DNA of 40,620 bases, from NCBI GenBank assembly GCA_036383155.1, contig DASVOW010001113.1, positions 1 to 40,620 of the forward strand, written 5' to 3'. The stretch is from Ktedonobacterales bacterium. Lineage in GTDB: Bacteria > Chloroflexota > Ktedonobacteria > Ktedonobacterales > JADMIN01. The translations under genes and the position numbers were made by a program. Each line of letters starts with the position of its first letter. Position 1 is the stretch's first letter. Positions 17,602 through 25,969 of the stretch are shown here, in pieces. Below the pieces are notes generated by a model. The model saw only the letters and a program-made list of their open reading frames with translations, did not search any database and was not told the DNA's origin.

Positions 17602-18724
17602 ATGTCAATAGGACGTGTGCTGGCATTGTCCGTGGGCATCGTGCGCCAATTCCTTCGCGACCCACGCACCCTCGCCTTGTTCTTCCTTGCGCCGCTGCTG
17701 GTAATGACCCTCCTCAACTTCGTGCTGAATAGCAGCAGCAACAGCATCACCCTCGGCATCGTGCCGCCCGACGGTCCAATAGGCGATGCGCTGGTGAGCC
17801 GTCTGCATACCGAGCTCGACTCCAACAGCAGCATCAAGCTCAAAACGGTGGCGCGACGCGGTGGATTCGACCCTGCGCAACGGTGACGCAGACGGAGTGC
17901 TCATCTTCCCGGCTGACTTCGGTAATCCCACCCTGGCCCAGGCTAATGCATCCACACTCACGCTCCGCCTGGAAGGCTCCAAGCCAGGAACGGCATAACA
18001 GATACGCTCGCTCGTGTCACAACTAGTAGCCAGCCTGCAGCAATCGCAGCAAACAGCTCAGGTGTCGCAAACATCGCAGATGCCCACGCTAGAGGTGAGC
18101 TATCTCTATGGTGGCCCGGAATATACACAGACGGATGCGCTGGCGCCGCTGTTTGTCGGTCTTTTCGCCTTCCTCTTTGTTTTCCTGCTGACCTCGGTGT
18201 CGTTTCTGCGCGAGCGCTCGCAGGGAACCATCGAGCGCCTGATGGTCTCGCCGCTCTCAAAGTCAGAGCTGGTATTAGGGTATGTGCTTGGCTTCCTCCT
18301 CTTCGCGATGGTGCAATCGCTGCTCATCCTGGTCTTCGTAGTCTATGTGTTGCTCGTCCAACACGCTGGCAACCTGGGGCTGATCTTTCTGGTGATGCTG
18401 GCCCTGACCATCGGCGGCGTGAGTATGGGTATCTTTGTCTCAGCCTTCGCGCGCAACGAGTTGCAAGTCATCCAGTTCATTCCCTTGCTGCTGGTGCCAC
18501 AAATACTCCTTGGTGGGCTCTTCTTCCCTGTGGCAACGCTGCCCGTCGTGCTGAAGCAGTTCGCGTATGTCTTGCCGCTCACCTATGCCAACTTTGCCTT
18601 GCGGGATGTCATGATCCGGGGTTTGGGCATCGTCGACATCTGGCGTGACCTCGCGGCGTTGGTCGCGTTCGCAACGCTGATGATCGTCGCATCGGCCCTC
18701 TCGCTGCGCCAAGATCGTGACTAG
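17602..18724 (+). pseudogene. ABC-2 type transporter permease, disrupted by one frameshift and one in-frame stop
   Basis: ATG 17602 has AAAGGAG upstream. The N-terminal frame ends at TGA 17884-17886, but family-typical sequence continues in the +1 frame (RDAVDSTLRNGDADGVLIFPADF...LRLEGSKPGTA). The switch is at the GGCGCG run ~17850-17856. That frame hits TAA 17996-17998 and continues in-frame into ORF 18014..18724 (LRERSQGTIERLMVSPLSKSELVLGY). Confidence 0.78.
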
Positions 18725-19005
18725 CACGCGCCACAGGTAGGCGACTGAGCAAACGCAACGCCACAGTGCTTACACATCACCTTGTGCAACGGATGTGCGA
18801 AGCGCATCGATCCGACGGACATCCACCCGATATGCTCGCCCTCATGGTTGCTAGCCTGGCAAACGCTGACCGAGTGGCTATGCCTACCATCCGGGCTACG
18901 GCAAGTCCCCCAATTGGTATCGCAGTGACGCGCACTTTGCTCCACCCGTTGCACCAACGTGCACAGAGCCGTTGACCACGGCAACTCACCGTGCGTACAC
19001 TTCAT
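18721..19005 (-). CDS. hypothetical small Cys/His-rich (putative zinc-binding) protein
   Basis: 94-aa ORF with 9 Cys and 9 His (MKCTHGELP..., HPLHKVMCKHCG..., C-terminal CGAC). GC3-rich codons and a weak SD. The start of the protein loosely resembles bacterial UBP-type zinc fingers. Confidence 0.35.
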   Translation of the reverse strand: MKCTHGELPWSTALCTLVQRVEQSARHCDTNWGTCRSPDGRHSHSVSVCQASNHEGEHIGWMSVGSMRFAHPLHKVMCKHCGVAFAQSPTCGAC

Positions 19006-19033
19006 TGATGCACGTCCGTTGTCGATCTATACA
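19005..19033 (+). promoter_or_regulatory. candidate promoter for the histidine kinase gene
   Basis: TTGATG (19005-19010), 17-nt spacer, TATACA (19028-19033), about 35 nt upstream of ATG 19068. Confidence 0.4.
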
Positions 19034-19067
19034 GGCGGGCAACATGATGTAAGGGGAGGGCCAACTC

Positions 19068-21839
19068 ATGCACGTGACCGGCGATGAGGCAATGGCCGAG
19101 CAGTCCCGCAAGCAGGGACGGCGCCGCCCCACCATGGCAAGCTCGCGCAAAACCTCTGACAGCAATTCGCAACCTGCCGCCACGACTGGCGCGCCTGTTT
19201 CGCGTAGTCGCCGCTCATCGGGCCGCTTGCGTTCACGCGACAGCAATGTCGTCGGACTTGGTGAGCGCGCCAGAGCGCCGTCTGGAGCCACGAGCGAGCC
19301 ACCCCAAAGATTGCTCCCGCACCCCGATCCACTGGCGTTGGCCCTACCAACCTTGCGTCACGCCTTGCTCAACCGTCCGCTGGATGAAGCTGCGCGCATC
19401 CTCGCTGAAGGGTTCGTTGCCGCACTTGCCCCCGCAACGGCTCAGGTCTGGATTGCTGACCCCGCCCCATGGAGCCAATCGCAGCGTAGCGGCGCTCAGG
19501 AACTGGCACCAAGACTGCGTCCATACGCCATCGCCACAGCATCCACCCGTGCCGATGAGCCAGCGCGCAACCCCAGCGGAAGCTCTGCTGGCATGGCCGT
19601 GCCACGGCATGATGCGCTGATCGATGAAGTCGCAACCACCCGACGCGCCGTCGTACTCTTCGATGCGTCAGCATCTCCTCAGACCAGCATGTGGAACGCG
19701 CTGGGAGTGCCAGAGTCCGTAACACCGTTCGGCACACTCACAGTGTATCCGTTGCTGGCGCGCGGCCAATTCCTCGGCGTGCTTGCGCTGGCCACTCGCA
19801 CGCGCCTCGCCGTGCGCCAGCTTGCCGCCCTAGAAGAGCTAGCGGACCTGCTGGCGCTTGCCGCTGACCGTGACAAGCTGCTTAGCTACTCACGCAGTCA
19901 GGAAGCGCTCGCGCAAACCGTCGTGCGCCATGCACCCGTAGCAGTCGCCGTATTGACCATGCCCGACCATGTCCTCGCTCTCGCGAATCCTGCATTCGCT
20001 TTGCTGCTCGGCATCGAAGATCAGCCGAACTTGATTGGGCGCCGTCTGGAGGATGTCGTCCATGAACGCGCGTCGAGCCTTGCCGCCACGCTCCGGCTCG
20101 ACGCCATCTATCAGGGCGGAGAGCCGCAGGCGATGATCGAGTTACCCATCCACCATAACGAGCGCGGCATGACCTACTGGAACGTCACCAGTAGTCCGCT
20201 CCCAGGCCTCTCTACCAGCGTTGGCGGCGTGCTGGTGGCAGCGGTGGATGTCACACGACAGGTGATCGCGCGCCATCGAGCTCAAGAGGTGGCCGAAGTT
20301 GCCCAGGAACGTATCGGCCAGATGATGACGCTGCACGCTACCTCGCTTGCCGTCGCAAGCCAGCTCGGTGCGGATCCCCGCGAGTTGCTGGCAGACATTC
20401 TGCGCCGCTCGGTGGTGCTGCTCAATGCGCGCGCCGGCACGGTCTACGTGCGTGACCCACAGTACGACGAGCTGGAAGTGGTCGTCTGTCAGGGACTGCG
20501 CGGCGACTATACTGGCAGCCGCATTCGCGTCGGCGATGGGTTGGCAGGGCGTGTCGCGCTCACCGGGCAAGGACTGATCGTGGACGACTACCGCGCCTAT
20601 CCATTCCGCGCGGCGATTTACGATGATGAGGACTTCAGCGCAATGATCGCCGTGCCATTGATCCATCGCGGTCGGGTCGTTGGTGTGCTGGATGTGCTCG
20701 ATGACGCGCAGCGCCGCACCTTCTCTGACGACGACCTCTGGCTACTTGACCTCTTCGCCGCTCAGGCCGCACAGGCCATCGAGAATGCCCGCACCTACGT
20801 CGAATTGGAGCGCGCCTACCAGCAGCAACGTGAGCTTGACCGCATGAAAGACGACTTCATCGCTACTGCCTCACACGAGTTGCGTACTCCGTTGACTGGC
20901 GTGCAGGGCTTCCTGGAATTGCTGCTGGACTATCCGGGCTCACGCGACGAGCCGGTCGCGCTCGACTTTCTTCAGAAAGCATCGGATTCCGCACTGGAAC
21001 TAGCTGAGATTTCCGAGCGTCTGCTCCAGACATCGCGCCTCGACACTGGACATATCGAGCTACATATGAGCGATGTACGGTTGGCAATGGTGGTGGAAGA
21101 CGTCCTGCGTACCTTCCAGTCACTCCACCACGCGCAGGGGCATTCCCATGAGCTGCACGCCGAGGTGCCGCCTGCCCTTTCCGTGCGCGCCGACATCGGG
21201 CGTCTGCGCGAAGTGCTGGATAACCTCGTGGGCAATGCCATCAAATACAGCCCACGTGGTGGTCGTGTAACCGTGCGGTGCGTCAGTACACCCCCTGGAG
21301 CCGATGCCCTACCATTGCTGCTCGGCGCTCCCACCACGCTTCCGGGCGCTATGTCGCCTTCCGGCGCACCATTCTACCGGCTCTCCGGCGGGCCCGCTAT
21401 GCTTGGCGCCATCGAGGAGCGTCCGACGGTTGTCCTGCCTCACCTCACTCCACAGGCTATAGACCCCGAACACGATCCATCCGCACCGCAACCATCGGTC
21501 ATCGCCGCTGCCCAACGCCAGCTCTTCGTCGTTGTCTACGTCAGCGATGAGGGCATGGGCATCCCCGACGAGGAACGTGGGCGCCTCTTCGGACGCTTCG
21601 CCCGGCTCGATTCCGCCCGCTCCAGCCAGATCCGTGGCACGGGTCTTGGCCTCTATATCTGCCGTCAGATCATGCGCGCAATGGGTGGCGATGTCTGGCT
21701 TCATACCAGCGTCCCTGGCTCCGGAAGCACTTTTGCCTTCGCACTGCCTGCGGCCGTTCCAGCCTCCACATCCACCGCGCCGGAAGTACGCGCAGCAGGC
21801 GACAGGGCGACAGGCACAGCAGCCACCCACCTCGAGTAG
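19068..21839 (+). CDS. cytoplasmic sensor histidine kinase (GAF-PAS-GAF-HisKA-HATPase_c)
   Basis: AGGGGAGGG SD upstream. H-box SHELRTPLTGVQGF, N-box DNLVGNAIKYS, G1 SDEGMGI, G2 GTGLGLYICRQIM. The upstream GAF/PAS-like sensor modules have no TM helices, and the first ~90 aa are Arg/Ser-rich and low-complexity. Confidence 0.9.
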   Translation: MHVTGDEAMAEQSRKQGRRRPTMASSRKTSDSNSQPAATTGAPVSRSRRSSGRLRSRDSNVVGLGERARAPSGATSEPPQRLLPHPDPLALALPTLRHALLNRPLDEAARILAEGFVAALAPATAQVWIADPAPWSQSQRSGAQELAPRLRPYAIATASTRADEPARNPSGSSAGMAVPRHDALIDEVATTRRAVVLFDASASPQTSMWNALGVPESVTPFGTLTVYPLLARGQFLGVLALATRTRLAVRQLAALEELADLLALAADRDKLLSYSRSQEALAQTVVRHAPVAVAVLTMPDHVLALANPAFALLLGIEDQPNLIGRRLEDVVHERASSLAATLRLDAIYQGGEPQAMIELPIHHNERGMTYWNVTSSPLPGLSTSVGGVLVAAVDVTRQVIARHRAQEVAEVAQERIGQMMTLHATSLAVASQLGADPRELLADILRRSVVLLNARAGTVYVRDPQYDELEVVVCQGLRGDYTGSRIRVGDGLAGRVALTGQGLIVDDYRAYPFRAAIYDDEDFSAMIAVPLIHRGRVVGVLDVLDDAQRRTFSDDDLWLLDLFAAQAAQAIENARTYVELERAYQQQRELDRMKDDFIATASHELRTPLTGVQGFLELLLDYPGSRDEPVALDFLQKASDSALELAEISERLLQTSRLDTGHIELHMSDVRLAMVVEDVLRTFQSLHHAQGHSHELHAEVPPALSVRADIGRLREVLDNLVGNAIKYSPRGGRVTVRCVSTPPGADALPLLLGAPTTLPGAMSPSGAPFYRLSGGPAMLGAIEERPTVVLPHLTPQAIDPEHDPSAPQPSVIAAAQRQLFVVVYVSDEGMGIPDEERGRLFGRFARLDSARSSQIRGTGLGLYICRQIMRAMGGDVWLHTSVPGSGSTFAFALPAAVPASTSTAPEVRAAGDRATGTAATHLE

Positions 21840-21849
21840 AGGCTATCAT

Positions 21850-22764
21850 ATGGATCCTCTCCTGGAGTTCGGCCAGCATTCAATATCGCCCTCCGCTGAG
21901 CTTGCCGGCTTGCGCCAGCGTGCGGAAGAGATCTATACCCTGCGTGACGTGCCGCTCATCTTTCCGCGAGTCGACGGGACTCCACGCACGTACCACATCG
22001 CCTTGCCCGCCGATCCCGATGCTCCGCTCGACCAATTCGCCATGACGCAACATTGGCCCTCTGCACCACCAAACGCCCCGAGCTTGCTAGCCGAAACCCT
22101 CGGCGAGCGCGAACACGCTGGGGCAGAGACACAAGATGCCGCAACGACAGCAGCGCAGCAGGCTCGCGCTGCCGTCACTGCAGGTGTGCATATGCCCTAC
22201 TGGGGGCTGCTATGGCCGAGCGGTATCGCACTGGCCGAGGAGGTGTTAGCCAGGCCAGATATGCTCCGTGAGCGCAATGTGCTGGAGCTTGGCTGCGGCC
22301 TGGGCGCGACCGCGACAGCCGCGCTCGACGCTGGAGCCTCGCTGCTCGCCGCCGACTGCTTTGATGAGGCGCTGCTCTTCACGCGCTACAATTCCCTGCG
22401 AAACACCGGACAGACGCCCAGCACCACGCTGCTCGACTGGCGCACGGAGGCTGGTCGAGTAGCTTGCCTCGCCGCCGCTCCTTTCGACCTACTGCTTGCC
22501 GCCGACGTGCTCTATGAGCAGGAGAACCTAGATCCACTGCTTACGCTTGTCCCCGATCTGCTTGCACCTGGTGGCGCGTTCTGGCTGGCTGAGCCTGGCC
22601 GTCGCGTCTCGCAAGCCTTCGTCGCCGCTGCCCGAGCATCTGGCTGGCACGATGACGAGCGTGTCTACCAGCGATCGTGGCCACCCTATAATGACAAAGC
22701 CCGCGTTGCCGTCCACCACTTCACGTTGCCGCACGCCGCTAAAGGAAAAACTGCACCACGTTGA
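21850..22764 (+). CDS. class I SAM-dependent methyltransferase, Methyltransf_16 / protein-lysine methyltransferase-like
   Basis: ORF 21532..22764 trimmed to ATG 21850, 10 nt after the kinase stop. Contains YWGLLWPSGIALAEEV, SAM motif I VLELGCGLGATA, DVLYEQENLDPLL and GGAFWLAEPGR. Confidence 0.78.
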   Translation: MDPLLEFGQHSISPSAELAGLRQRAEEIYTLRDVPLIFPRVDGTPRTYHIALPADPDAPLDQFAMTQHWPSAPPNAPSLLAETLGEREHAGAETQDAATTAAQQARAAVTAGVHMPYWGLLWPSGIALAEEVLARPDMLRERNVLELGCGLGATATAALDAGASLLAADCFDEALLFTRYNSLRNTGQTPSTTLLDWRTEAGRVACLAAAPFDLLLAADVLYEQENLDPLLTLVPDLLAPGGAFWLAEPGRRVSQAFVAAARASGWHDDERVYQRSWPPYNDKARVAVHHFTLPHAAKGKTAPR

Positions 22765-23117
22765 TCACTGACGGTTGCCCCATCACCGTCGATTGGCATA
22801 GAAATGACAACGCTTGCATCGACACGTGTCCTTGGACCAACCGCGCTATGTCTTTGGTATCACAGACCATCGAAGCGCTCGTATTGTTAGCCCAGCACTC
22901 TCGCCACCCTTTTAATGCACGATACCAAGCCAACCGAATGATGAAAAACCTCACTGTATGAGGTGGAAGCTAGTCTGTCTGCTCGACGTTGGCCCGCAAG
23001 ATGCAAATACAGCACAAGCGAGTGGTATGCGGGAACGCTGCATTCCTCACCCAGCGCGTGCCGAGCACAACGGGCGCCTAGCTGAATCCATTGAATCTAT
23101 TGGAGGTCACGTCGGGC

Positions 23118-23795
23118 ATGGCAGAGGAGCGATCAAGGCGCGAGGAGTGGGAACCGGAAAATCAGTTGCGCGCGCGAGAGGCGCGGGATGCCGATGATGA
23201 ATGGCAGGTTGGGCCTACTGCCCATGAGCCATATGAACGAATCGAGCTGCCCAATTCCAGTGTCATTGGAGAGCCGGCTGTCGATTGGTCTGACCAACCT
23301 ACGCAACCACAACGCCGCGTCGAGGTGCACCGCGACTGGCCCGCGCAACCTTCTGGCCCCCACCCTGAATGGCCATTGCGTAGCGAATCCGGCGCATCTG
23401 GGTCACCATTGCACCGTCTCCTCGACGCAGCCCACGAGCGGCAATTCAACCTCGGCTGCGGTGCGGTTGCCGCTCTTGTGTTGATCGTCGCCGCGATCCT
23501 TGCCGCATTCACTAACGGATGGTTGCCGGGTAATGCTAGCCCCGTCGAGCCACAACCCAGCATTCAAGCCAACCCTGCCCAATCTACGGCTCCCATACCC
23601 ACCATCACGCCGCGCCCGACACCTACGGCAACGCCTGTTCCAACGGACACGCCGATTCCTACAGACACGCCTGTTCCGACTGACACACCACTACCAACCG
23701 AATCGCCTATTCCTACACAGACATCTATACCTTTACCTTCACCCACAGCCGCCCCACTACCAACAGAAACACCGGCTCCAACGGAAGAACCCTGA
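23118..23795 (+). CDS. single-pass membrane protein with acidic cytoplasmic N-terminus and Pro/Thr-rich C-terminal tail
   Basis: ORF 23091..23795 trimmed to ATG 23118, with GGAGG upstream. TM helix GAVAALVLIVAAILAAF. The C-terminus is PT linker-like sequence right up to the stop. Confidence 0.6.
   Translation: MAEERSRREEWEPENQLRAREARDADDEWQVGPTAHEPYERIELPNSSVIGEPAVDWSDQPTQPQRRVEVHRDWPAQPSGPHPEWPLRSESGASGSPLHRLLDAAHERQFNLGCGAVAALVLIVAAILAAFTNGWLPGNASPVEPQPSIQANPAQSTAPIPTITPRPTPTATPVPTDTPIPTDTPVPTDTPLPTESPIPTQTSIPLPSPTAAPLPTETPAPTEEP
23631..23720 (+). repeat. in-frame 18-bp tandem repeat x5 (TPVPTD TPIPTD TPVPTD TPLPTE SPIPTQ)
   Basis: Five consecutive imperfect 18-bp units, read directly from the sequence inside the 23118..23795 CDS. 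Confidence 0.7.
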
Positions 23796-23901
23796 GGCGT
23801 TCACCTTCTCGCAACGTGCATAAGTTGCCATACACCGAGGTGGAGCAATGAGTATTGAGGTTGCCCTCCAAGTACCATGGCTACCAGCAACCTCATTTCT
23901 C

Positions 23902-24816
23902 CTACGCTTCACGGAGCAGGTGGCGTAGCGCCTCGTCAAGTCGGGGATATTCAAAGTGAAAGTTCGCATCTACCAAACTTCGCGGCAGCACACGCTCGCT
24001 GTCCAGCACTACGGACGACATCTCCCCCAGCAACGTTTGTAATGCAAATGCTGACAGTGGGAACACGGGCATGCGCTTCAGCACGTGTCGCGCGACGCGC
24101 AAAAACTCCCGGTTTGTTGTCGGTTCCGGCGCACAGAGGTTGAATGGGCCAGATTGTGCCCGATCCTCGATCAGAAACTGGATCGCTCTGGCGACATCCC
24201 GCTTGTGCATCCAGGGAACCCACTGCTGCCCGTCGCCCAACCGACTTCCGCATAGGTGCGCAAAGAGCAGCAGAGGAGGCAGTGCGCCCGCGTGTACGTC
24301 GAGTACGATCCCTGTCCTCAGCATGCAACGTCTGGCTGTCGCGCGCGCTGTGGACTCCTCCCACTCCTGGCATACCTCGGCGCGGAAGCCCATGCCTGGA
24401 GCGCTCGCTTCGGTCAAAATCTCTTGCCCACGATTTCCGTAATACCCTGCCGCCGAGGCCTGCACCAGCACGTCCGGCGGCCCATAGCGTGAGATCGCCT
24501 CCATCACTGCCGCGCCAGCGTGCAGACGGCTCTCGCGGATGCGCGCCCGATACGCCTTCGTCCAGCGCCAGTGGGCTGGACTTGCGCCCGCGAGATTGAC
24601 GATGGCGCACTCCCTGGTGACCAGATCTCCCCATCCCTGCGCCGTCCGTCCATCCCAGCCCACGACTTGAACATCCATTTCCCCCTGCCGCCGGAATGCC
24701 CGCGCTGCTTTAGCCGGTTCACGACTCAGCACGACAATTTCATTGCGATGCCGGGCCAGCACCTCGACCAGCGACCGCCCAATCAGCCCTGTTCCTCCAG
24801 TGATGATCACACGCAC
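23902..24816 (-). CDS. TIGR01777-family NAD-binding epimerase-like protein (YfcH/SDR39U1-like, C-terminal DUF1731)
   Basis: N-terminal Rossmann motif MRVIITGGTGLIGRSL. Length and C-terminal region are typical of the YfcH family. It lies 3 nt downstream of the preceding membrane protein gene. Confidence 0.82.
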   Translation of the reverse strand: MRVIITGGTGLIGRSLVEVLARHRNEIVVLSREPAKAARAFRRQGEMDVQVVGWDGRTAQGWGDLVTRECAIVNLAGASPAHWRWTKAYRARIRESRLHAGAAVMEAISRYGPPDVLVQASAAGYYGNRGQEILTEASAPGMGFRAEVCQEWEESTARATARRCMLRTGIVLDVHAGALPPLLLFAHLCGSRLGDGQQWVPWMHKRDVARAIQFLIEDRAQSGPFNLCAPEPTTNREFLRVARHVLKRMPVFPLSAFALQTLLGEMSSVVLDSERVLPRSLVDANFHFEYPRLDEALRHLLREA

Positions 24817-24819
24817 AGC

Positions 24820-25818
24820 TTACCCCTTTCGCGCGTCGGGCACGCGGCTTGCCCTGAGCCGCCAGCCGAGTAAGCCGCAGAACCCGAAGGCTAGCGCGTT
24901 GAGCCAGCCATGTATGACGATCATCTGCGAGATGGTGAGAGTCCAGACTCCTGTCGCGGCTCCCACCGCATATGCGCCGGCAAACAGCATCGTGATCAAC
25001 ACTGACGAAAGCGAAACCCCCAGCAACCCCCTGGCAAGCAGTGGCATGATCGTCGGAACGACTAGTCGCAGGCCAAGCAGTGCAATCAACATGAGGTTGA
25101 GCGCCAGGAGCACACCGGCAACCGACTCCAGAAAGCGCACACCACTCACCTGTGTGAGCGTAATCCCCGTAGCCACCAGCAACGGATTAACGAGCATGCC
25201 AATCGCGGCAACACGATACACTGTTGGAGAGGACACGCCCCCCAGCCTTGCCTGTATCGCTTGCCCAACGAGTCCGGTGGTAATCAAAGCCACCAGCGAA
25301 ATGAAGTGAAAGTGTACGGCAGTGAGCACGACAGTAGTCCCACTGAATGCAAGTGGCCGTAGCCCCCAACGAGCCAGCACAAGCCACGCACCCCCAACTG
25401 GCACATACATCAAAGCCGCTGCAAGGCAGGTATCCGCGATAGAAATGCCATCCTTCCTGCGCAGCGTAGCTACCCCCATCAGCGCGACAAGCGCGGTGAA
25501 CAGCAGCCATACCCCGGCAAGCGCCGCGGCGAGCGTACCTCGTTCCAGCAGAAATGACACCCCTCCACAGAGCGCCGCGAAAGGTTGCGCCAAGATGACC
25601 AGACGAGAAAGCTGGTGAGACAAAGAATCTTCCGTGCGGTGTGAGACGAGGGGGATAGCGAGCGGCATGATCACGCAAAGAGCCAGGAGGAGCAAGAGGT
25701 CAAGATCGCTCAGCGCCACCCAACCGGCCAACCGGGCAAGCGCGACGCATACCCAGGCAACACTGCCCAGGCTGATGGCCATGCGATTCCATCTGATGAG
25801 ATCGATAGCTTGCGGCAT
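24820..25818 (-). CDS. polytopic integral membrane protein (possibly YndJ-like)
   Basis: ORF 24820..25860 trimmed to ATG 25818, with GGAGAG 5 nt upstream. About 9-10 hydrophobic helices, including LTAVHFHFISL and HGWLNALAFGF. The family call is tentative. Confidence 0.6.
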   Translation of the reverse strand: MPQAIDLIRWNRMAISLGSVAWVCVALARLAGWVALSDLDLLLLLALCVIMPLAIPLVSHRTEDSLSHQLSRLVILAQPFAALCGGVSFLLERGTLAAALAGVWLLFTALVALMGVATLRRKDGISIADTCLAAALMYVPVGGAWLVLARWGLRPLAFSGTTVVLTAVHFHFISLVALITTGLVGQAIQARLGGVSSPTVYRVAAIGMLVNPLLVATGITLTQVSGVRFLESVAGVLLALNLMLIALLGLRLVVPTIMPLLARGLLGVSLSSVLITMLFAGAYAVGAATGVWTLTISQMIVIHGWLNALAFGFCGLLGWRLRASRVPDARKG

Positions 25819-25860
25819 GAGCTCTCTCCACTTTCGATCGCTGCACAGACTGCCGTCCAT

Positions 25861-25879
25861 AAGTGAACAGTGTTCACTT
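25861..25879. promoter_or_regulatory. 19-bp perfect palindrome, candidate TetR operator
   Basis: AAGTGAACA-g-TGTTCACTT lies in the divergent intergenic region between the TetR gene (25970, +) and the membrane-protein/YfcH-like operon (25818, -). Confidence 0.55.
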
Positions 25880-25969
25880 TTATTACTCTACTGGATGCGT
25901 TATGCTGGAGTCAAGAGTCATGTGTAGCACGAGGCGAAACATTCGTATGGTTATTACCCGGAGGTAGGA

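Noticed and set aside
20142-20666. 174-aa minus-strand ORF, plus several other ORFs inside 19068-21839.
   Set aside because: They are antisense to or out of frame with the histidine kinase, which has ordered H, N, G1 and G2 boxes in one frame.
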